Origin: Saprospiraceae bacterium
GTDB lineage: Bacteria; Bacteroidota; Bacteroidia; Chitinophagales; Saprospiraceae
DNA: 64,000 nucleotides
Direction: 5' to 3'
Assembly: GCA_965222705.1 (NCBI GenBank)
Contig: CBDCUO010000032.1
Location: 116,308-180,307 of the forward strand
The translations under genes were made by a program, and so were the position numbers. Shown piece by piece: positions 9,990 to 19,747 of this stretch. The notes under the pieces are model-generated. The model did no database searches. It was not told where the DNA came from and saw nothing but the letters and a program-made list of their open reading frames with translations. Within the stretch, counting starts at the first letter, position 1. Each line of letters starts with the position of its first letter.

Positions 9990-10805
9990 CTAAGTTTTGT
10001 TCAGCTTCATACAAATCCACTCGCCTTTTTCTAGCACCTGTTTAATAGAAAAACCGATTTTTTTCGCAGAAGTTGTAAGAAGTGATTCGTCTGCTTTTAA
10101 AAAGCCGGAGATCAATAATTGACCACCTCGTTGGGTTTTTAAAAATAACGTAGAAAGAGAATCCAAAATTACATTTCTATTAATATTTGCGAGGATAAAA
10201 TCAAAGCCTTTCAGCTCAACCATTGATAGGTCTCCCAGCATAGCTTTGATAACTCCAACGTTGTTTTTAGTGCAATTTTCTAAAGTGTTTTCGTAGGAAA
10301 GCGGGTCATTGTCAATGGCGAGGATGTCTGTTGCACCTAGTTTAGCAGCTAAAATGGCGAGAATCCCCGTACCACAACCGTAATCCAATACCTTTTTATT
10401 TTTAAACTGGAGGTGCTGCATCATTTCCATAACCAAAAGGGTGGTTTCGTGATGTCCAGTGCCAAAAGCCATTTTTGGATTAATGGTGATTTGATGTTTG
10501 ACCTTTTTAAAGGTAGGATGAAAGTCTGCTCGAATGGCACAAAAATCATTGATTCGAATAGGCTTGAAACTGGATTCCCAGACCTCATTCCAATTTTGGG
10601 AAGGAATCAGTTTGGCTTTGTAAGAAAAACCGTATTGGTCAGCTAAATTTCTTACTACTACATCATTATAGGCTGCTTCTGTAATGTAAGCTTTTATTCC
10701 AAATACTTCTTCTTCAAAACCGTCAAAAGCATATTGGCTTAATAAAGCGATTAGAATGGCTTTTTTATCAGAAGAGCTGGTAATGCTAACTTTATAATAG
10801 TTCAT
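9990..10805 (-). CDS. prmA: Ribosomal protein L11 methyltransferase
   Basis: It has the PrmA hallmark FGTGHHETTLL and a SAM-binding motif (VLDYGCGTGILAI), and is about 270 aa. Its start overlaps the upstream MFS stop in an ATGA. Confidence 0.9.
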   Translation of the reverse strand: MNYYKVSITSSSDKKAILIALLSQYAFDGFEEEVFGIKAYITEAAYNDVVVRNLADQYGFSYKAKLIPSQNWNEVWESSFKPIRINDFCAIRADFHPTFKKVKHQITINPKMAFGTGHHETTLLVMEMMQHLQFKNKKVLDYGCGTGILAILAAKLGATDILAIDNDPLSYENTLENCTKNNVGVIKAMLGDLSMVELKGFDFILANINRNVILDSLSTLFLKTQRGGQLLISGFLKADESLLTTSAKKIGFSIKQVLEKGEWICMKLNKT

Positions 10806-11968
10806 TGGTCGGTTTGTGGCTGAGCAACTAAAAGGGTGTTAAAGAAACTCAATATTGTCATAATTACAAAAAGAATTCCGACAAAAATCATGGCAGTTTG
10901 CAAGGTTTTCCAGTCTGCCATGAAGCCGATAATAGGTGGCCCAAACAAAAATCCGGCATAGCCGATAGTCGTTACCATACTAATACCAATGCCGGGCGCA
11001 ATGCCTTTGATACTCCCTGCGGTGCTATATGCAATCGGAATGATAACGGATAAACCTAGCCCTATTAGGAACAAACTGGAAATAACAACAATCGGATAAG
11101 GAAACAAGATCATAAAAAATAGACCAATTGTAGCAACCAAGCTATTATAGGTCAATAATTTTTGGTCGCCAAAAGTGGCCCTACCTTTATCTCCGATGAT
11201 TCGCCCAAGCATCATTGCTGTAGCAAATGCACCCAATCCAATAGGAGCTAGAGCTGCATCTGACAAGGCAATATTCTTCATATAATTAGTACTCCAATCT
11301 GCCATAGCTCCTTCGCCTAGCATACAGCAAAAAGCAATGATACCGATCCCCAACAATTCCTTAGTAGGCAGGCGGAAAGCAGTTTCTTTTTGCACGCTTA
11401 AGCGGGTTGGTTTATCTGCTATTAAGTGGAAAGCGCTCCAGATAGCCAATATGGAGCCTATTGCAGCAATAATGGAAATATGTATTAATAAAGGCGTATT
11501 CCATCTGGTAAACAAAGCCCCTGCTCCTGCCCCAAGCATCATGCCCCCGCTAAAGACTGCATGAAAAGAAGACATAATGGGTTTTTTGTATAAATTTTCC
11601 ACCAAAACTGCTTGGGCATTCATGGCTACATCCATAATTCCCGTAGCCATTCCCATAATAAAAAAAAGACTGCCCAACATCCATACTTTGCCCATAATCG
11701 TAGTAAAGGGTACCAATAAGCAAAATAGAATGGCAGATAAGGCCGTAATTTTTTTACTTCCATTTTTGACGATGAGCCAACCCGTAAAGGGCATGGCTAT
11801 CAAAGCACCTATGGCCATCACTAGCAGTACTAAGCCCGTAGTGCTATTGTCCATACCGTATATTTCTTGGAATTTGGGCAGGCGAGCTACCCAATTGGCA
11901 TAAATGAATCCATTCACCAGAAAATAGAAGTTGACCGCAAGGCGATTTTTGTCCATTTTTTGTAGCAT
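10802..11968 (-). CDS. MFS transporter
   Basis: The 388-aa protein is almost entirely hydrophobic with about 12 predicted helices arranged as two six-helix halves. There is a 4-bp ATGA overlap with prmA. Confidence 0.85.
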   Translation of the reverse strand: MLQKMDKNRLAVNFYFLVNGFIYANWVARLPKFQEIYGMDNSTTGLVLLVMAIGALIAMPFTGWLIVKNGSKKITALSAILFCLLVPFTTIMGKVWMLGSLFFIMGMATGIMDVAMNAQAVLVENLYKKPIMSSFHAVFSGGMMLGAGAGALFTRWNTPLLIHISIIAAIGSILAIWSAFHLIADKPTRLSVQKETAFRLPTKELLGIGIIAFCCMLGEGAMADWSTNYMKNIALSDAALAPIGLGAFATAMMLGRIIGDKGRATFGDQKLLTYNSLVATIGLFFMILFPYPIVVISSLFLIGLGLSVIIPIAYSTAGSIKGIAPGIGISMVTTIGYAGFLFGPPIIGFMADWKTLQTAMIFVGILFVIMTILSFFNTLLVAQPQTDQ

Positions 11969-11978
11969 AAACTGGAAG

Positions 11979-12998
11979 TCAAGAATCGCTTTCTGTTTGT
12001 TTTTTTTGTTCTCGCTCTTCTTTTTTTCTTAATTTTTCTTCCCGTAATATATCATCTGATTTTTGGTAGGCCTTAATAATTTCTTTTACCAGTCGGTGTC
12101 GAACGACATCATTGGCATTGAGATAAACGGCTGCTATTCCGTCCAGGCTTTCCAGTAAATCAATGGCTCTTCGCAAGCCAGATTTTTGACTATATGGCAA
12201 GTCAACTTGAGACAAATCTCCTGTGATGATACATTTAGCAGTTGGACCAAGGCGGGTCAAAAACATCTTGATTTGAGTAGTGGTTGTATTTTGGGCTTCA
12301 TCCAGGATGATGAAAGCATTATCCAGCGTTCTGCCTCGCATAAATGCCAAAGGCGCTATTTCTATCACTCGGGTATCCAGAAAATGTTGTAATTTTTCCG
12401 TGGGGAACATGTCCTCCAGACCATCATAAAGTGGTCGTAAATAGGGATCAATTTTTTCTTTCAAATCTCCCGGCAAAAAGCCCAAACTTTCTCCTGCTTC
12501 TACGGCTGGCCGGGTTAGGATAATTTTCTTTACCACTCTGTTTTTGAGGGCTTTAACAGCTAAGGCAACTGCAGTATAGGTCTTTCCTGTTCCTGCCGGG
12601 CCAATGGCAAAAACAATGTCGTTTTTGTCCGATGCTTCTACTAGGTGGCGTTGATTTTTAGTCTTGGCTTTGATGGGCTTCCCATTTCGACCATGAACGA
12701 TAGTGGCATTGCTCGGACCGTTGCTCAGTCGAACTTCGTAGGGGTTGCCTCCATTGAGTAAATCCGTGACAGTATGGGTAGAAAGCTCTTTGTGATCTTT
12801 CAACATACGGACCATTGCCTCTAGTTTTGCCTTGGCCTTTTGAGTGTATTTTTTTTCGCCGGAAAGTTTAATATTATTACCCCTGGAAGTGATTGTAATA
12901 TCTGGAAAGGCTTCTCTGAGGAGGTTTAGTTTTGAATCTTTTTCACCATATAAAGCTACTAAATCCACATCCTCAATCTTTAGAATTATTTCGCTCAA
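11979..12998 (-). CDS. phoH: PhoH-family ATPase
   Basis: It has Walker A GPAGTGKTY, Walker B-like FIILDEAQN and the PhoH C-terminal motif ITGDLSQVDLP. Confidence 0.9.
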   Translation of the reverse strand: MSEIILKIEDVDLVALYGEKDSKLNLLREAFPDITITSRGNNIKLSGEKKYTQKAKAKLEAMVRMLKDHKELSTHTVTDLLNGGNPYEVRLSNGPSNATIVHGRNGKPIKAKTKNQRHLVEASDKNDIVFAIGPAGTGKTYTAVALAVKALKNRVVKKIILTRPAVEAGESLGFLPGDLKEKIDPYLRPLYDGLEDMFPTEKLQHFLDTRVIEIAPLAFMRGRTLDNAFIILDEAQNTTTTQIKMFLTRLGPTAKCIITGDLSQVDLPYSQKSGLRRAIDLLESLDGIAAVYLNANDVVRHRLVKEIIKAYQKSDDILREEKLRKKEEREQKKQTESDS

Positions 12999-13166
12999 TA
13001 GTTAGGTTAGTTGATGATTAATTAATTTTATTAAATTGAATAGTTGAAACGGAAATTAAGGCGAACAAGTTCCTTTGGCAGGATGAATTAATAAATTGCG
13101 CTTTTTGAAAAATATCAAGTCAAAGAATGTTAAGTTTATTATTTTGTCCTGCCTTTATTGATCCGA

Positions 13167-14282
13167 TTACATTTTTAAAGTCTGATTGATATAATAATTG
13201 ACCTTATTATAAATTCGCTTATATCGCAATTTGTATTTTCTGTATAAAACAGAATTATAAGAAGGTTCTTTCTTCTCTTTTATATAGCCCATGTCCTCCA
13301 TCCAGTCATCACTATAAATTTTACCCAAATACCGGCTGCCATGATCCGGAAATAGCACGACGACGACATCGTCAGGGGTCAATTCTCGTTTCATTTTATA
13401 GACTGCTTGCATAGCGGCTCCTGAAGAATACCCCACGAATAATCCTTCCCTAGAAGCTAGATTTCTGGTGCGGAAAGCACTATCTCGGTCGTGTACTTTG
13501 ATCATTCGATCAATTAGCTCAAAGTTTACATTTCCAGGAATGATCGTCTTTCCCAAACCTTCTACCTTGTAGGGATAGATTTCTTGTTTATCAAAAATAC
13601 CTGTTTCCCAATACCTTTTCAGTACGGAGCCATAAGCATCAACGCCCACTATTTGGATATTGGGGTTTTGTTCTTTCAAATATTTGGCCGTTCCCGAAAT
13701 AGTGCCTCCGGTGCCTACACAGCACACATAATGGGTAATGCGCCCTTCGGTTTGTTCCCAAATCTCAGGACCAGTGGAGTAATAATGGGCTTTCTGATTT
13801 GCTTCATCAAAGTTTTGGTTGAGGTAGTAGGAGTTGGGAATTTCTTTATTTAGCTGCTCGGCAGTAGAATAATAGGAGGAAGGGTCTTCTGGCTTGGCAT
13901 CAGAAGGACAGATAAAAACCTCTGCTCCCATGGATTGCAATAGCCTCAATTTTTCATCGGAAGCTTTACTACTTACGGTTAGCACACATTTATAGCCTTT
14001 TATTAAGCAAACCATAGCTAGGCTGAAACCTGTATTTCCACTAGTCGCTTCAATGATTGTTGCTCCAGGTCTTATTTTTCCTTCTTGTTCTGCTTTTTCT
14101 ACCATATATAAGGCTACTCGATCCTTAGAGGAGTGGCCCGGATTATGCCCTTCGACTTTTCCATAAACTTCTGCCTTAACAGGCCCTAGAGATCGCTGAA
14201 TTTTTACCAGAGGTGTATTTCCGATGGTATCCAATACACTATTATAAACCTTTGGGGAGTAAACGTTGGTGTTGAAAATCAT
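13167..14282 (-). CDS. PLP-dependent cysteine synthase / cystathionine beta-synthase family enzyme
   Basis: It has the PLP-lysine region NPGHSSKDRVAL, the TSGNTG loop and GTGGTISG. A basic C-terminal extension of about 50 aa follows. Confidence 0.8.
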   Translation of the reverse strand: MIFNTNVYSPKVYNSVLDTIGNTPLVKIQRSLGPVKAEVYGKVEGHNPGHSSKDRVALYMVEKAEQEGKIRPGATIIEATSGNTGFSLAMVCLIKGYKCVLTVSSKASDEKLRLLQSMGAEVFICPSDAKPEDPSSYYSTAEQLNKEIPNSYYLNQNFDEANQKAHYYSTGPEIWEQTEGRITHYVCCVGTGGTISGTAKYLKEQNPNIQIVGVDAYGSVLKRYWETGIFDKQEIYPYKVEGLGKTIIPGNVNFELIDRMIKVHDRDSAFRTRNLASREGLFVGYSSGAAMQAVYKMKRELTPDDVVVVLFPDHGSRYLGKIYSDDWMEDMGYIKEKKEPSYNSVLYRKYKLRYKRIYNKVNYYINQTLKM

Positions 14283-14534
14283 ATTTTCTTTTTTGCTGTG
14301 AGTATCTCAAGTATTGGGAATGAAGGAAAAAGAACAAGTTGAGATATATCTTTCTGTTATCCCTTTATTCCTTAACCACTTTGTTTAATCTATTTGCAAA
14401 AATAAAAATTATCGGGGAAAGTCGGATTTTTAAATCCTCTTTCTCTTTCCTATTTCTAATGGCGAAAAGATCTCGTGGATTTTTTTTATTATCTTTTCTA
14501 TTTTGCATTAATTTTTTTTCCTTAAAGTCTTTGT

Positions 14535-14957
14535 ATGACGAATATCATTGTTAAGGCTAGACTTATTCTGGAAAGAGACCATAAGGTATTGCTTTTGGCC
14601 CAAACTGGCAAGAATGGCGGAAAATTCACACTTGTAGGCGGAAAGGTGGAGAAGGGAGAGTATGCAAAGGCTGCCCTAATCAGAGAATGCCAAGAAGAAA
14701 TTGGTATTCGTCTGGCATCAGACCGCCTTGATTTGGTGCATGTTTTACACAAAAAAAGAGGGTCAGGAAACAGAATAACGCTCTATTTCACGACTAAAAA
14801 CTGGAAGGGAACCATTCATGCCAGAGAAACCAAAAAGTTTAAAGGAGTTGCCTGGTTTTCTATCTACGACTTGCCTTTTAGGACTTCTCCGACCGTTCGC
14901 CATGTTCTGGAGCAAGTAAAAATGGGGGAGCGATATTCAGAATTGTTCAAGCGATGA
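14535..14957 (+). CDS. NUDIX hydrolase
   Basis: A complete Nudix box GGKVEKGEYAKAALIRECQEEIGI (GX5EX7REUXEEXGU) is present. Confidence 0.85.
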   Translation: MTNIIVKARLILERDHKVLLLAQTGKNGGKFTLVGGKVEKGEYAKAALIRECQEEIGIRLASDRLDLVHVLHKKRGSGNRITLYFTTKNWKGTIHARETKKFKGVAWFSIYDLPFRTSPTVRHVLEQVKMGERYSELFKR

Positions 14958-15266
14958 CAGGTTGCCCTAAGCCGCTTGTAGAGGAGCAGTTGAGCAGATT
15001 ATGCCCGATCATTTTTGAAATGATACGGCCTGTTTTTAGCCAAAGAGGAGATTAGTTTTGCAATTTTTTGATTATTATATTAAATTACTAGTTTTATAAA
15101 AGCCCCTCATTTCTCTAAAAGTGGAATTAATCAGAAACGAGAATAACTAAATCAAAAAAGTCTCGTAACAACGAATGGGTGTAATTCACCCAGACCTTAT
15201 CATTTCACTATTTTTCCAAAACCGATTTACTGAAAAGTCAGTTGCTGACTTTTGCAAAGTGGACTA

Positions 15267-16010
15267 ATGAATAGTATTATTTCTGTTTTGCTAGTTTGCC
15301 TGATTGGCTTAAGCTATTGGCTATTGAAGCTGAGAAGGAGATGTGAACTGCTGGAAGAAACGATCAGTGAACTAAAGGAGGTGCAGGAAGCCAGGGAGGC
15401 TAGAGCAGCCTTGGAAGGAAGTGGCCAAGAAAGAAAAAGACTGGCCAAAGACTGGCATGACGGCATGGGCAATACGCTCTCTACCCTTAGGCTATTACTT
15501 GAAAATGCTACCTTTGAAAATGAGGAAAGGCAGCAAGAAATCGTGCAATTACTGGAAGCAGCACAGCAAGAATTTCGTCAAATAGTTGATAATGAAACGA
15601 TTGAATCTTTTTCCAATCAGGCGGAAATTCTTGGAACCTTAAGGAAATGGCAAAACCAACTAAAATTGGGAAATATTAATTTTTTATATAAAATGTATAA
15701 CTTTTCCAATTTTAAAAACAACAAAATACATTTAAAAAATCAAATATATAGAATCGCTCAGGAATTACTTAGCAATATCATTAAACATGCCAATGCGTCC
15801 AAGATAGAGCTGGAACTATTTGAAGCTAATGGAACTATCCAGTTAATTGCATCGGATAATGGAAAAGGCATAAAAACGAGTGGGCAAAAAGAGAGCTTAA
15901 TTCCTGGCATTCGAGAAAGGGTTGTTAATTTAAATGGCCAATTATTGATCGACACAAACGAAGGCTTCGAAACCGTAATTAAAATAACGGTTCCTACACA
16001 ATTGGAATGA
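15267..16010 (+). CDS. Small membrane-anchored sensor histidine kinase (HisKA_3 / NarX-DegS type)
   Basis: It has one N-terminal TM segment (NSIISVLLVCLIGLSYWLL), a coiled coil, the H-box DWHDGMGNTLS, and an HATPase N-box/G-box (AQELLSNIIKHA, DNGKGI). The ATG at 15267 is preferred over the listed TTG at 15252. Confidence 0.8.
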   Translation: MNSIISVLLVCLIGLSYWLLKLRRRCELLEETISELKEVQEAREARAALEGSGQERKRLAKDWHDGMGNTLSTLRLLLENATFENEERQQEIVQLLEAAQQEFRQIVDNETIESFSNQAEILGTLRKWQNQLKLGNINFLYKMYNFSNFKNNKIHLKNQIYRIAQELLSNIIKHANASKIELELFEANGTIQLIASDNGKGIKTSGQKESLIPGIRERVVNLNGQLLIDTNEGFETVIKITVPTQLE

Positions 16011-16211
16011 TGATTGCCCTTGATGATATCATATTTGATAGTATTTGTTTGCTTTTAAGAGTATGATTGAGTTTTGTTTTTTAGTGCTGAAAACGCAGCG
16101 GATAGGGCAGTTCAATTGCTTAGATTTACTCAATTTTCAAAATTTTAGGAACTCTGCCCCTTTACATATAAATTAAACATATTCTGAAATCCCTGAAATA
16201 AAAAAGTACCC

Positions 16212-16871
16212 ATGAACGATGGTATTCGAGTATTAATCGCCGATGATCATCTATTATTTTTAGATGGTTTGAAGCGGGTATTATGCGAAGCAAAAGCCTT
16301 TGATTTTGCCATAGTAGGCACAGCTACCTCTGGACAGGAGTTAATGAGGCTAGTAAAAACGACAAAACCACATATTGTTTTCCTAGATCTAAATATGCCG
16401 GGTATGGACGGCCTAGCAGCTATGGAAGAAATAAAGGCTTGGAACAAGGAGGTGAAAGTGATCGTTGTGACCATGTATGATGATAATAAAATCGTAAAAA
16501 CGGCTTTAAAATCCGGCTGTAGAGGCTATGTGCTAAAATTATATGGCAAATATGAACTTTTTTCGGCAGTAGAAGCCGTCCTTTCTGGTGATACCTATAT
16601 TGGGAAGGGCATTGACTTGACGGATCAGGGAATTCCCAAAAAGCCACAAGTAAAATTTGATGATACTTTTGTCAGAAAGCATAAACTAACCAAGAGAGAA
16701 CTGGAAATATTGAAATTAATTAGCCAGGCATTGAGCAATAAGCAAATTGGAAAAGAGCTATTCATTAGCGACCAAACCGTTAGCGTTCATAGAAAAAATA
16801 TTATGCGAAAACTAGGCGTCAGCAATACAGCAGGTTTGATAAAAGTAGCTTATGATAATAGTCTTATTTGA
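16212..16871 (+). CDS. Response regulator, LuxR/NarL family
   Basis: The receiver domain has ADDH.., VFLDLNMPGMDG and a conserved Lys region. The C-terminal LuxR HTH is LTKRELEILKLISQALSNKQIGKELFISDQTVSVHRKNIMRKLGV. Confidence 0.9.
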   Translation: MNDGIRVLIADDHLLFLDGLKRVLCEAKAFDFAIVGTATSGQELMRLVKTTKPHIVFLDLNMPGMDGLAAMEEIKAWNKEVKVIVVTMYDDNKIVKTALKSGCRGYVLKLYGKYELFSAVEAVLSGDTYIGKGIDLTDQGIPKKPQVKFDDTFVRKHKLTKRELEILKLISQALSNKQIGKELFISDQTVSVHRKNIMRKLGVSNTAGLIKVAYDNSLI

Positions 16872-17451
16872 TGCAAGTATCAAATAGAAATAAATCGTAT
16901 AATGACGGCAATTAGCATATCAAAACCGCTAAAATAATTTATTTTCTTGCGAATTATTGAAAATTTGCCTTACTTTGTCCCTGAAGTAATCCTGAAACAC
17001 ATATTTATTATAAATATTTTCCCATGAACTACAAATACGATGTGCATAAAGAGCATCAAATCCCCCTTTCATTTCTTGGAGCCTACCGGCTCGAAAATTT
17101 TCAGAGAAATAATTAGGTTTAGTAGTTCTTGCTAAAAGATAGTGGCATTATCACCTTTTTAATTTTTGGACTGATGCCTACATTAAATTCAAAAGTAGAA
17201 TTCTCATAGACGACCAGAACTGAAATTTTTCAATTATCCGTAGAATTGCCTTATACGGAAAAGTACTCATCACCTTTCATGGCATTAAGGAGCCTCTCTA
17301 AAAAAACAGAGGTCGCTTTACCTATGATTTATTTTCAAAGGTGTCACTCTGGTAAGCTAGTATAAGCACTAGCTATCATATTTAAGAAGTTGAGGGAGAA
17401 TTATCTTTGTTTAAAATTAAAGCATTTTTTTGCTTATATAAAAAATAGTGG

Positions 17452-17468
17452 TGTTCGATTAAAGTATG
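17452..17468. repeat. IS terminal inverted repeat (orfB-proximal end)
   Basis: TGTTCGATTAAAGTATG is the perfect reverse complement of 18655-18671. Confidence 0.75.
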
Positions 17469-18133
17469 GAGGGTTTAGGAACTCTCCAAAATAATAGTTC
17501 TTTGATAGTCAGTATTTTGTCGATTAACCCTTCTGCCATAGCAGGTGATTTTTTCTGGTATTTTGTTTCAAAAAGTGCTGCTTGAGGATTAATTAATATT
17601 CTCAAAGCACAATTTTCGTTACAATAATTGAAAAAAGCGGTCAATAGATTGATATGTGCATCATGGTATTTCACCTTTTTAGAATGGCACATTGTCTTTC
17701 TAGTCAAACGAGCATCGTCTTTACGATATTTACCATTTCTACTCTCAACAAAAGAAGTATTAATGGTTTTTGACCGTCCGTTTTTTCGGATGATTGCTAA
17801 AATCTCCGCCTCTGTTCCTTTGATAATTCTAGTAGTCACACTTTTAAGTTTGCCCTTGGCATCTCTTTCTTTATAGACTTGGGCATATTTCAAATTACTA
17901 TCTACTATTCTTTTGGGTATAGACGGTCGACCTCTACCTCCATATGGAACAGGCTCGTAGTGACAATAGGTCTCATATAAGACTTCTTCATAGAACCAAG
18001 CATCTGATAAAAATAATGGAGCTACTCCATCACTTTTGTCTTTTATTTTGTTAAGAAAAATTCTTGCTTGTGCTAAAGTTCTTTTGCCACTATGTACAGT
18101 ATGAACAAATCCTGTATCAGGTAAAACAGCCAC
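17459..18133 (-). CDS. IS1-family transposase orfB (InsB-like DDE region), probably made as an orfAB fusion by -1 frameshift
   Basis: The frame stays open upstream to the A8 run (reads ..KKKKNLTHEERQKSELDPEFADKQGDRWSFVAV..). SDAWFYEE parallels IS1 TDGWPLYE. VESRNGKYRK..RLTRKT parallels IERHNLNLRQHLARLGRKS. The stop codon lies inside the terminal IR. Confidence 0.8.
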   Translation of the reverse strand: MAVLPDTGFVHTVHSGKRTLAQARIFLNKIKDKSDGVAPLFLSDAWFYEEVLYETYCHYEPVPYGGRGRPSIPKRIVDSNLKYAQVYKERDAKGKLKSVTTRIIKGTEAEILAIIRKNGRSKTINTSFVESRNGKYRKDDARLTRKTMCHSKKVKYHDAHINLLTAFFNYCNENCALRILINPQAALFETKYQKKSPAMAEGLIDKILTIKELLFWRVPKPSIL

Positions 18134-18174
18134 GAAGCTCCATCTATCTCCCTGTTTATCAGCAAATTCAGGGT

Positions 18175-18621
18175 CTAGCTCGGATTTTTGTCTCTCTTCA
18201 TGTGTAAGGTTTTTCTTTTTTTTCTGATAAAGGACCAGAACTCATCTATTTGTAATTGTTCCAGATGCATTTGCTCTTGCATGTAATTCGTAAATTCATC
18301 ACAATGAGTGCCTGCTTTTTCTACCCAAGCTAAAAGGGAATCTGAGGTGACATCTGCTTGTTTACAAGTCTGGTTGACCCCCATTCCTCGAACTAGTAAG
18401 AGCAAGGTATTTATCACTTTTTCAATCGGTGTACGTAAATCAAAAAACATCGTGCCTTTGGTCAAGACCCAGCGATTACCACATTCGTTGCAATATACTT
18501 GGCCTTTTGACCGACTATTAATTTTGATATTTCCTGACTCTGGTTGATTGTAATAAACGCAATCTGGATTATCACAATACTGACGTGATTTTAATAAATC
18601 AAATTCTTCTTTACTTAGCAT
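18175..18621 (-). CDS. IS1-family transposase orfA (InsA-like: zinc finger, HTH, and first DDE aspartate)
   Basis: It has a Cys4 finger (CDNPDC...CNECG). The motif LQIDEFWSFIRKK parallels IS1 EMDEQWGYVGAK. The ORF ends shortly after the A8 slippery run. Confidence 0.8.
   Translation of the reverse strand: MLSKEEFDLLKSRQYCDNPDCVYYNQPESGNIKINSRSKGQVYCNECGNRWVLTKGTMFFDLRTPIEKVINTLLLLVRGMGVNQTCKQADVTSDSLLAWVEKAGTHCDEFTNYMQEQMHLEQLQIDEFWSFIRKKRKTLHMKRDKNPS
18216..18223 (-). promoter_or_regulatory. Putative programmed -1 ribosomal frameshift site (A8 run, context AGAAAAAAAAGAAAAAC)
   Basis: orfB is in the -1 frame relative to orfA, and the two frames overlap only around this homopolymer. IS1 elements are known to use A-run slippage. 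Confidence 0.6.
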
Positions 18622-18654
18622 TTGTATTCTCTTTTGAATACAAAGTTAATCTAT

Positions 18655-18671
18655 CATACTTTAATCGAACA
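18655..18671. repeat. IS terminal inverted repeat (orfA-proximal end)
   Basis: CATACTTTAATCGAACA is the perfect reverse complement of 17452-17468. Confidence 0.75.
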
Positions 18672-18955
18672 GTGCTTAAAAAATAATATAATTAAAAACT
18701 GAAAGAAGGGGAAAAGCAAAAACAATCAAGAAGTGTTCTCGTAATTAAAAAATGAAAAGAATAAATTCCCTGATGTGACTGTAGCTAAAATAATTGTCGC
18801 TCATCCCATTATAGGGTGAAAGAAACGGATACTTAACTGCGAAATCCTTTGTGTTCCTTGCAGTAAAAAAATAGCTTTCCCCCTTTTCTGGATAATAAAC
18901 GACAACTTTATTTATAGAAAAATATCATTCGGAAGTGCTAAAACCAGTTGCCTAG

Positions 18956-19747
18956 ATGACCATCAAAAAAATATTATTCACCTTCGGCTTTATTGTCTGT
19001 ACTTGTGTTTTTTTAGAAGCACAGATACAGTTGATGACTTCTGACGCAACGGCAGATAAGGGACAGGTGGTTGATATTGACATCATTATTTCCGGTTTTA
19101 GCGGGATTGTCGGGATGCAATTTTCTATTAATTGGGATAGCACGATATTGGTATTTAAAGAGGTGAATAATTTGACAGAACAATTGCCTCAATTTACCGA
19201 AGACGAGATAGGCCTAGCAGAGGTCGAGTCCGGAGCGATTAGGGTAGTGTGGATTGATAATTCGGTTAGTGGCGTGAATCTGGAAGACAGCACTTTATTA
19301 TTTACTTTAAAATTTGAAGTGATTGGCGAACATGGAGCTATTAGCCCCATTCGTTTTTCTAACCAACCAATTGCTATTGAGTTTATTGATACAGAAGGAG
19401 AAGTACAAATGGGTATAGAATTGATAGATGGAGAAGTCAAAATTCCCGATAATACGACCCCTGTCCTAGTCCAAGAAGTAGCTAATAGGGTGCAATTATT
19501 TCAAAATGACCCCAATCCTTTTCATTCTACTACAAAGATTATAGCTCGTTTTTTTAATTCGGAGCGAACGCAATTTTATATATCAACAATTGGCGGAAAA
19601 ATTATTTACCGCACTTCTTTTAAACCAATACCAGGCATTAATACGATAGAAATTGGGCGGTCTATTTTAAAGACTCCCGGAATTTACTTCTATACCTTGC
19701 AAGGTGAAAAATACCAGCTTTCAAAGAAAATGATTTTGTTGCCCTAG
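18956..19747 (+). CDS. Secreted single cohesin-like-module protein with T9SS type-A C-terminal sorting domain
   Basis: It has a signal peptide and a cohesin-like module (DKGQVVDIDIIISGFSGIVGMQFSINWDSTILVFKEV...IRFSNQP...DGEVKI). The Por-secretion-tail pattern follows (LFQNDPNPFHSTTKI...GIYFYTLQGEKYQLSKKMILL). Confidence 0.75.
   Translation: MTIKKILFTFGFIVCTCVFLEAQIQLMTSDATADKGQVVDIDIIISGFSGIVGMQFSINWDSTILVFKEVNNLTEQLPQFTEDEIGLAEVESGAIRVVWIDNSVSGVNLEDSTLLFTLKFEVIGEHGAISPIRFSNQPIAIEFIDTEGEVQMGIELIDGEVKIPDNTTPVLVQEVANRVQLFQNDPNPFHSTTKIIARFFNSERTQFYISTIGGKIIYRTSFKPIPGINTIEIGRSILKTPGIYFYTLQGEKYQLSKKMILLP

Larger units (their letters stand above)
17448..18677 (-). mobile_element. IS1-family insertion sequence (~1.23 kb), boundaries approximate
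   Basis: It has two consecutive ORFs related by a -1 frame, terminal inverted repeats with a 17-bp perfect core, and a possible 8-bp direct repeat AAAAAATA at 17440-17447 and 18678-18685. Confidence 0.75.

Noticed and set aside
15231-15251. The hairpin AAAAGTCAG-TTG-CTGACTTTT just upstream of the small histidine kinase, considered as a terminator or attenuator.
   Set aside because: The GC-containing part of the stem is only 5 bp and the T-run is part of the stem. It lies about 275 nt from the preceding gene's stop. The evidence is too weak to call.
17440-18685. The 8-bp AAAAAATA direct repeat taken as a firm target-site duplication that fixes the IS ends.
   Set aside because: The sequence is low-complexity in an AT-rich region and could match by chance. 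The outermost 3-4 bp of the IRs do not pair under these boundaries. It is reported only as tentative.
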